Part shown: positions 57,579 through 64,000 of the stretch, piece by piece | Layout: every line of letters begins with the position of its first letter | How positions within the stretch are numbered: the stretch's first letter is position 1 | Source of the DNA: Tequatrovirus LF73P3 | Direction: 5' to 3' (one strand) | Sequence record: OZ035756.1 | DNA: 64,000 nucleotides | Made by a program: the position numbers and the translations under genes | Notes under the pieces: generated by a model | What the model saw: only the letters and a program-made list of their open reading frames with translations | Told to the model about the DNA's origin: nothing | The model's database searches: none

Positions 57579-60500
57579 CAGTAAAAGCACCTTCAGTCAC
57601 TAGTCTCAGAATTTCCAAGTTATCCGCAAATCAGGTGCAAGTACGCTGGGATGACGTTGGTGCTAATTTCTACTATTTTGTAGAAATCGCTGAGACAAAA
57701 ACAAACTCGGGGGGAAATCTCCCGAGTAATCAATACCAATGGATTAACTTAGGATATACTGCAAATAACAGCTTCTTTTTTGATAATGCTAATCCATTGA
57801 CATCGTACATTATTAGAGTAGCTACAGCTGCACAGGATTTTGAGCAGTCTGATTGGATTTATACCGAAGAGTTTGAAACTTTTGCTACAAACGCTTATAC
57901 ATTTCAAAACATGATTGAAATGCAATTAGCTAATAAATTCATTCAGGAAAAATTTACTCTTAATAATTCTGACTATGTTAATTTTAATAATGACACTATA
58001 ATGGCTGCATTGATGAATGAATCATTCCAATTCAGCCCATCATATGCTGATGTTTCATCAATAAGTAATTTTATTATTGGTGAAAATGAGTATCATGAAA
58101 TACAAGGTTCTATTCAGCAAGTATGTAAGGATATTAACCGAGTTTATTTGATGGAATCAGAAGGGATTCTATATCTTTTTGAGCGCTATCAGCCTGTAGT
58201 TAAAGTATCCAATGATAAAGGACAAACCTGGAAAGCTGTAAAGCTCTTCAATGACCGTGTAGGATATCCTTTATCTAAGACTGTATATTACCAATCTGCG
58301 AGCACAACATACGTTCTAGGATACGACAAGATTTTCTATGGCCGCAAATCTACTGATGTTAGATGGTCAGCTGATGATGTCAGATTTAGTTCGCAGGACA
58401 TAACATTCGCTAAACTTGGTGATCAACTTCATTTGGGATTTGATGTTGAAATCTTTGGTACTTATGCTACATTACCTGCAAATGTGTATCGTATAGCTGA
58501 AGCTATTACTTGCACTGATGATTACATTTACGTTGTCGCCAGAGACAAAGTTAGATACATAAAAACGAGTAATGCACCTATAGATTCTGACCCATTATCT
58601 CCAACATATTCGGAAAGGCTATTTGAACCTGATACGATGACTATAACCGGAAATCCTAAAGCAGTATGTTATAAAATGGATTCTATTGGTGATAAAGTTT
58701 TTGCTCTTATTGTTGGAGAAGTTGAAACATTAAATGCTAATCCTAGAACATCAAAAATAATTGATTCTGCCGATAAAGGAATATATGTTTTAAATCATGA
58801 CACAAAAACGTGGAAAAGAGTTTTTGGCAACACTGAAGAAGAAAGAAGACGTATTCAACCTGGATATGCGAATATGTCAACTGACGGTAAATTAGTTTCT
58901 CTATCTTCGAGTAATTTTAAATTTTTAAGTGATAACATTGTTAATGACCCTGAAACTGCAGCGAAATATCAGTTAATCAGTGCTATTAAATATGAATTTC
59001 CTCGTGAATGGTTAGCTGATAAGCATTATCATATGATGGCATTTATAGCAGATGAAAAATCTGATTGGGAAACTTTTACACCTCAGCCGATGAAATACTA
59101 TGCAGAACCATTCTTTAACTGGTCTAAAAAATCTAACACACGCTGTTGGATAAACAACTCTGATAGAGCTGTAGTAGTTTATGCTGATTTAAAATACACC
59201 AAAGTTATAGAAAATATTCCGGAAACATCGCCAGATAGATTAGTTCATGAATACTGGGATGATGGTGATTGTACGATAGTAATGCCAAATGTTAAATTCA
59301 CGGGATTTAAAAAATACGCGTCTGGGATGCTTTTTTATAAATCTTCTGGTGAAATAATTTCTTACTATGATTTTAACTATCGAGTGAGAGACACTGTCGA
59401 AATAATTTGGAAGCCAACTGGAATATTTTTAAAAGCATTTTTACAAAACCAAGAGCATGAGACTCCTTGGTCGCCAGAAGAAGAGCATGGATTAGCTGAC
59501 CCTGATTTAAGACCATTAATTGGCACAATGATGCCTGATTCTTATTTGTTGCAGGATTCGAATTTTGAGGCATTTTGTGAAGCATATATTCAATATCTTT
59601 CTGACGGATACGGAACTCAGTATAATAATTTACGAAATTTAATTCGTAATCAGTATCCACGAGAAGAGCATGCGTGGGAATATTTGTGGTCAGAGATATA
59701 TAAAAGAAACATTTATTTAAATGCTGACAAACGTGATGCTGTTGTAAGATTTTTTGAATCACGTAGTTATGATTTTTATTCTACTAAAGGAATTGAAGCA
59801 TCATACAAATTTCTTTTTAAAGTTCTTTATAATGAAGAAGTTGAAATTGAAATTGAATCTGGGGCTGGTACTGAATATGACATAATCGTTCAATCTGATT
59901 CTTTGACTGAAGATTTAGTAGGACAAACGATTTATACAGCCACAGGAAGATGTAATGTTACTTATATAGAAAGAAGTTATTCTAACGGTAAATTGCAATG
60001 GACCGTAACTATTCATAATCTTTTGGGAAGATTAATTGCTGGTCAAGAAGTTAAAGCAGAAAGACTCCCTAGTTTTGAAGGCGAAATTATTCGTGGAGTT
60101 AAAGGAAAGGATTTGCTTCAAAACAATATAGACTATATTAATAGAAGTAGATCATACTATGTAATGAAAATTAAATCCAATTTACCTTCTTCCCGCTGGA
60201 AATCTGACGTTATTCGTTTTGTTCATCCAGTAGGATTTGGATTTATAGCAATTACCCTTTTAACGATGTTTATTAATGTTGGTTTAACTCTTAAACATAC
60301 AGAGACTATAATTAATAAATACAAAAACTATAAATGGGATTCTGGATTGCCTACTGAATATGCTGATAGAGTAGCTAAATTAACTCCAACCGGTGAAATT
60401 GAGTATGATTCAGTAACAGGCGAAGCAATTTATGAGCCTGGCCCAATGGCTGGTGTAGAATATCCTCTTCCTGATGACTATAATGCTGAAAATAATAATT

Positions 60501-60673
60501 CAATATTTCAAGGTCAATTGCCGTCTGAACGACGTAAATTAATGAGTCCCCTATTTGATGCTTCTGGAACAACATTTGCGCAATTTAGGGATTTAGTTAA
60601 TAAACGTCTAAAAGATAATATAGGAAATCCAAGAGACCCTGAAAATCCAACACAGGTTAAAATAGATGAATGA
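57575..60673 (+). CDS. 7: Baseplate wedge protein gp7
   Basis: 1032 aa; size and synteny as T4 gp7. Confidence 0.85.
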   Translation: MTVKAPSVTSLRISKLSANQVQVRWDDVGANFYYFVEIAETKTNSGGNLPSNQYQWINLGYTANNSFFFDNANPLTSYIIRVATAAQDFEQSDWIYTEEFETFATNAYTFQNMIEMQLANKFIQEKFTLNNSDYVNFNNDTIMAALMNESFQFSPSYADVSSISNFIIGENEYHEIQGSIQQVCKDINRVYLMESEGILYLFERYQPVVKVSNDKGQTWKAVKLFNDRVGYPLSKTVYYQSASTTYVLGYDKIFYGRKSTDVRWSADDVRFSSQDITFAKLGDQLHLGFDVEIFGTYATLPANVYRIAEAITCTDDYIYVVARDKVRYIKTSNAPIDSDPLSPTYSERLFEPDTMTITGNPKAVCYKMDSIGDKVFALIVGEVETLNANPRTSKIIDSADKGIYVLNHDTKTWKRVFGNTEEERRRIQPGYANMSTDGKLVSLSSSNFKFLSDNIVNDPETAAKYQLISAIKYEFPREWLADKHYHMMAFIADEKSDWETFTPQPMKYYAEPFFNWSKKSNTRCWINNSDRAVVVYADLKYTKVIENIPETSPDRLVHEYWDDGDCTIVMPNVKFTGFKKYASGMLFYKSSGEIISYYDFNYRVRDTVEIIWKPTGIFLKAFLQNQEHETPWSPEEEHGLADPDLRPLIGTMMPDSYLLQDSNFEAFCEAYIQYLSDGYGTQYNNLRNLIRNQYPREEHAWEYLWSEIYKRNIYLNADKRDAVVRFFESRSYDFYSTKGIEASYKFLFKVLYNEEVEIEIESGAGTEYDIIVQSDSLTEDLVGQTIYTATGRCNVTYIERSYSNGKLQWTVTIHNLLGRLIAGQEVKAERLPSFEGEIIRGVKGKDLLQNNIDYINRSRSYYVMKIKSNLPSSRWKSDVIRFVHPVGFGFIAITLLTMFINVGLTLKHTETIINKYKNYKWDSGLPTEYADRVAKLTPTGEIEYDSVTGEAIYEPGPMAGVEYPLPDDYNAENNNSIFQGQLPSERRKLMSPLFDASGTTFAQFRDLVNKRLKDNIGNPRDPENPTQVKIDE

Positions 60674-61670
60674 TTCAAGTGTTATCTATCGTGCGATAGT
60701 TACTTCAAAATTTAGAACAGAAAAAATGCTGAATTTTTATAATTCAATTGGAAGTGGTCCGGATAAAAACACTATCTTTATCACATTTGGAAGATCAGAA
60801 CCGTGGTCATCAAATGAAAATGAGGTGGGCTTTGCCCCACCTTATCCAACCGATTCTGTATTAGGCGTAACTGACATGTGGACGCATATGATGGGAACAG
60901 TAAAAGTTCTTCCATCAATGCTTGATGCTGTTATTCCTCGCAGAGATTGGGGAGATACTAGATATCCGGATCCATACACATTTAGAATTAACGATATTGT
61001 AGTGTGTAACTCAGCTCCTTACAACGCTACTGAATCAGGCGCAGGCTGGTTAGTATATCGTTGTTTAGATGTTCCTGATACCGGAATGTGTTCAATAGCA
61101 TCTTTAACTAATAAGGATGAATGCCTCAAATTAGGCGGAAAATGGACTCCTTCTGTTAGGTCAATGACTCCTCCTGAAGGTCGAGGAGATGCGGAAGGAA
61201 CAATCGAACCTGGAGACGGATATGTTTGGGAATATCTTTTTGAGATTCCGCCCGATGTATCTATAAATAGATGCACAAATGAATATATCGTAGTTCCTTG
61301 GCCTGAGGAATTAAAAGAAGACCCAACTAGATGGGGGTATGAAGATAATCTCACTTGGCAACAAGATGATTTTGGATTAATTTATCGCGTTAAGGCAAAC
61401 ACTATACGTTTTAAAGCATATTTAGATTCAGTTTACTTTCCTGATGCTGCATTACCGGGAAATAAAGGATTTAGACAAATATCAATAATCACCAATCCTC
61501 TTGAAGCTAAAGTTCATCCAAATGACCCAAACGTTAAAGCTGAAAAGGATTATTATGATCCGGAAGATTTAATGAGGCATTCGGGTGAAATGATTTATAT
61601 GGAAAATAGGCCACCTATTATCATGGCAATGGATCAAACAGAAGAAATCAATATTCTGTTTACATTTTAA
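60666..61670 (+). CDS. 8: Baseplate wedge protein gp8
   Basis: 334 aa; size and synteny as T4 gp8. Confidence 0.85.
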   Translation: MNDSSVIYRAIVTSKFRTEKMLNFYNSIGSGPDKNTIFITFGRSEPWSSNENEVGFAPPYPTDSVLGVTDMWTHMMGTVKVLPSMLDAVIPRRDWGDTRYPDPYTFRINDIVVCNSAPYNATESGAGWLVYRCLDVPDTGMCSIASLTNKDECLKLGGKWTPSVRSMTPPEGRGDAEGTIEPGDGYVWEYLFEIPPDVSINRCTNEYIVVPWPEELKEDPTRWGYEDNLTWQQDDFGLIYRVKANTIRFKAYLDSVYFPDAALPGNKGFRQISIITNPLEAKVHPNDPNVKAEKDYYDPEDLMRHSGEMIYMENRPPIIMAMDQTEEINILFTF

Positions 61671-61673
61671 ATT

Positions 61674-61697
61674 AAGGGAGCCCATGGGCTCCCTTTT
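61674..61697 (+). terminator. Intrinsic terminator after gene 8
   Basis: AAGGGAGCCCAUGGGCUCCCUUUUUC: palindromic stem plus U-run. Confidence 0.7.
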
Positions 61698-61701
61698 TCT
61701 T

Positions 61702-61709
61702 TATAAATA
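61702..61709 (+). promoter_or_regulatory. Late promoter (TATAAATA) for gene 9
   Basis: Exact TATAAATA about 25 nt upstream of the gene 9 ATG. Confidence 0.7.
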
Positions 61710-61733
61710 CTATAAACTCATAAGGAAACCGCT

Positions 61734-62600
61734 ATGTTCATTCAAGAACCAAAGAAATTGATTGATACCGGCGAAATTGGTAACGCTTCTACTGGTGATA
61801 TCTTATTCGACGGTGGTAATAAAATTAATAGTGATTTTAACGCAATTTATAATGCGTTTGGCGATCAGCGCAAAATGGCAGTAGCAAATGGCACTGGAGC
61901 AAATGGCCAAATTATCCATGCTACTGGATATTATCAAAAGCACTCTATAGCAGAGTACGCAACTCCAGTAAAAGTTGGCACTAGACATGATATTGATACC
62001 TCTACTGTAGGTGTTAAAGTTATCATTGAAAAAGGCGAACTTGGCGACTGTGTTGAATTTATTAACTCAAATGGATCAATATCAGTTACTAATCCTTTAA
62101 CAATTCAGGCTATTGATTCAATCAAAGGTGTTTCGGGTAATTTGGTAGTAACTAGCCCATATAGTAAAGTTACTTTACGATGTATTTCATCTGATAATTC
62201 TACATCTGTTTGGAATTATTCTATTGAAAGTATGTTTGGACAAAAGGAATCACCAGCTGAAGGTACATGGAATATTTCTACATCTGGATCAGTTGACATT
62301 CCACTATTTCACCGTACTGAATATAACATGGCTAAATTGTTAGTTACGTGCCAATCGATAGATGGAAGAAAAATTAAAACAGCAGAAATAAATATTCTTG
62401 TGGATAATGCTAATTCAGAGGTCATTTCTTCTGAATATGCTGTCATGCGAGTTGGGAATGAAACTGAAGAAGACGAAATCGCTAATATTGCATTTAGTAT
62501 TAAAACAAATTATGTAACAGCGACTATAAGTTCTTCAACTGTCGGTATGAGAGCAGCAGTTAAAGTTATCGCTACGCAGAAAATCGGGGTGGCTCAATAA
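61734..62600 (+). CDS. 9: Baseplate protein gp9 (long tail fiber socket)
   Basis: 288 aa; size and synteny as T4 gp9. Confidence 0.85.
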   Translation: MFIQEPKKLIDTGEIGNASTGDILFDGGNKINSDFNAIYNAFGDQRKMAVANGTGANGQIIHATGYYQKHSIAEYATPVKVGTRHDIDTSTVGVKVIIEKGELGDCVEFINSNGSISVTNPLTIQAIDSIKGVSGNLVVTSPYSKVTLRCISSDNSTSVWNYSIESMFGQKESPAEGTWNISTSGSVDIPLFHRTEYNMAKLLVTCQSIDGRKIKTAEINILVDNANSEVISSEYAVMRVGNETEEDEIANIAFSIKTNYVTATISSSTVGMRAAVKVIATQKIGVAQ

Positions 62601-64000
62601 TGAAACAAAATATTAATATCGGTAATGTTGTTGATGATGGTACCGGTGACTACCTGCGTAAAGGTGGTATAAAAATAAATGAAAACTTTGATGAACTTTA
62701 TTATGAACTTGGTGATGGAGATGTTCCATATTCAGCCGGTGCCTGGAAAACTTATAATGCTTCATCTGGACAAACACTAACGGCAGAATGGGGAAAATCA
62801 TATGCCATTAATACTTCGTCTGGAAGAGTAACTCTACAACTTCCTAAAGGAACTGTTAATGATTACAACAAGGTAATTAGAGCTAGAGACGTATTCGCTA
62901 CATGGAACATCAATCCAGTTACTTTAGTAGCTGCTTCCGGAGATACAATTAAAGGGTCGTCATCATCGGTTGAAATTAATGTTCAATTTAGTGATTTAGA
63001 GCTCGTTTATTGCGCACCAGGACGTTGGGAGTATGTCAAAAACAAACAAATTGATAAAATTATTAGTTCAGATATTAGTAATGTAGCTCGCAAAGAATTT
63101 TTAGTAGAAGTTCAAGGACAAACTGACTTTTTAGATGTTTTCCATGGAACTAGTTATAATGTCAATAACATCAGAGTAAAACACCGCGGTAACGAATTAT
63201 ATTACGGCGATGTATTTAGTGAAAACAGTGACTTTGGCTCTCCGGGGGAAAATGAAGGAGAATTAATTCCTCTTGATGGATTTAATATTAGGTTAAGACA
63301 GCCTTGTAATATTGGCGACACTGTTCAAATTGAAACGTTTATGGATGGTGTATCACAATGGAGAAGTTCATATACAAGACGCCAAATAAAAGTACTAGAT
63401 TCAAAACTAACATCAAAGACTTCTTTAGAAGGAAGCATTTATGTTACTGATTTATCGGCGATGAAATCAATTCCATTCTCTGCGTTTGGATTAATTCCTG
63501 GCGAACCCATTAATCCTAATTCTCTCGAGGTTCGTTTTAATGGAATTTTACAGCAACAGGCTGGAACAGCTGGGTATCCTCTGTTTTTGTGCGAAGGCGC
63601 TAATTCAGATACGCAAGAAGGATGTATATCTCTTGGTGGCGAATGGAAAGAATCAAACACAGATTATTCTATAGAATATGAAGATGGAAAACCTACCAGT
63701 CTTTTATTTGATAGAAAATTTGAATCAGGCGATATAATCGTTATAACGTGGTTCAATAATGATTTAGGAACTCTTTTAGAAAAAGATGACATCATTGAAT
63801 TAACGGATGACCGTTATGTTAGTAAAGGATCATCTACCGAAGTTACTGGTGATGTAGCCTTAACGGATTTTGATAAAATCGGTTGGCCAAATGTTGAAAA
63901 AGTTGATTCTTATACTAGAACGTATAATTCAATATCATCTATTTTCGATAGCATTTATCCTGTAGGTTCAATTTATGAAAATGCTATAAACCCAAATAAT
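62600..64000 (+). CDS. 10: Baseplate wedge protein gp10 (partial, continues beyond window end)
   Basis: ATG overlaps the gene 9 stop (TAATG); open frame reads MKQNINIGNVVDDGTGDYLRKGG... to the window end; not in the track because it is unterminated. Confidence 0.8.
   Translation, partial: MKQNINIGNVVDDGTGDYLRKGGIKINENFDELYYELGDGDVPYSAGAWKTYNASSGQTLTAEWGKSYAINTSSGRVTLQLPKGTVNDYNKVIRARDVFATWNINPVTLVAASGDTIKGSSSSVEINVQFSDLELVYCAPGRWEYVKNKQIDKIISSDISNVARKEFLVEVQGQTDFLDVFHGTSYNVNNIRVKHRGNELYYGDVFSENSDFGSPGENEGELIPLDGFNIRLRQPCNIGDTVQIETFMDGVSQWRSSYTRRQIKVLDSKLTSKTSLEGSIYVTDLSAMKSIPFSAFGLIPGEPINPNSLEVRFNGILQQQAGTAGYPLFLCEGANSDTQEGCISLGGEWKESNTDYSIEYEDGKPTSLLFDRKFESGDIIVITWFNNDLGTLLEKDDIIELTDDRYVSKGSSTEVTGDVALTDFDKIGWPNVEKVDSYTRTYNSISSIFDSIYPVGSIYENAINPNN

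Noticed and set aside
54127-62801. Minus-strand ORFs within late structural genes (54127..54327, 55303..55521, 57104..57358, 59373..59762, 60375..60575, 61019..61354, 61803..61988, 62613..62801)
   Set aside because: Antisense to long, well-supported baseplate genes transcribed from TATAAATA late promoters on the plus strand; shadow ORFs.

Overview
This window is a T4-like (Tevenvirinae) phage genome segment, very close to coliphage T4 in gene order but not identical to it. Coordinates of RNA and regulatory features were counted by eye and may be off by 1-3 nt. Nothing here was checked against a database; all family assignments rest on motifs read from the translations and on recalled T4 biology.

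- **Layout:** nearly everything from 1 to ~52.4 kb is on the minus strand (early/middle genes); from ~52.4 kb the late baseplate genes run on the plus strand.
- **Early/middle genes (minus):** a partial glycosyltransferase, 42, imm, 43 (DNA polymerase), regA, 62, 44, 45, rpbA, 46, 47, alpha-gt, 55, nrdH-like, nrdG, an intronless nrdD, 49, nrdC, rI, tk, vs, regB, a GrcA-like gene, denV, e (lysozyme), nudE, a tRNA cluster with segB, 57B, 57A, 1, 3, 2, 4.
- **Late genes (plus):** 53, 5, 5.1, 5.4, 6, 7, 8, 9 and the start of 10.
- **Regulatory grammar:** repeated sigma70 early promoters (GTTTAC -35, TATAAT-like -10), MotA-box middle promoters, TATAAATA late promoters and many GC-hairpin terminators are readable on the expected strands.

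The most interesting accessory content, in order of interest:
1. A 161-aa ORF with an R-S-E ADP-ribosyltransferase-like motif triad, in its own promoter-gene-terminator cassette.
2. A four-gene early operon ending in a membrane protein overlapping a minimal nucleotidyltransferase.
3. A fourth internal-protein-like gene with a capsid-targeting N-terminus, in an insulated cassette.
4. A ninth, Tyr-like tRNA beside the eight canonical T4 tRNAs.
5. A macro-domain protein in the tk-vs interval.
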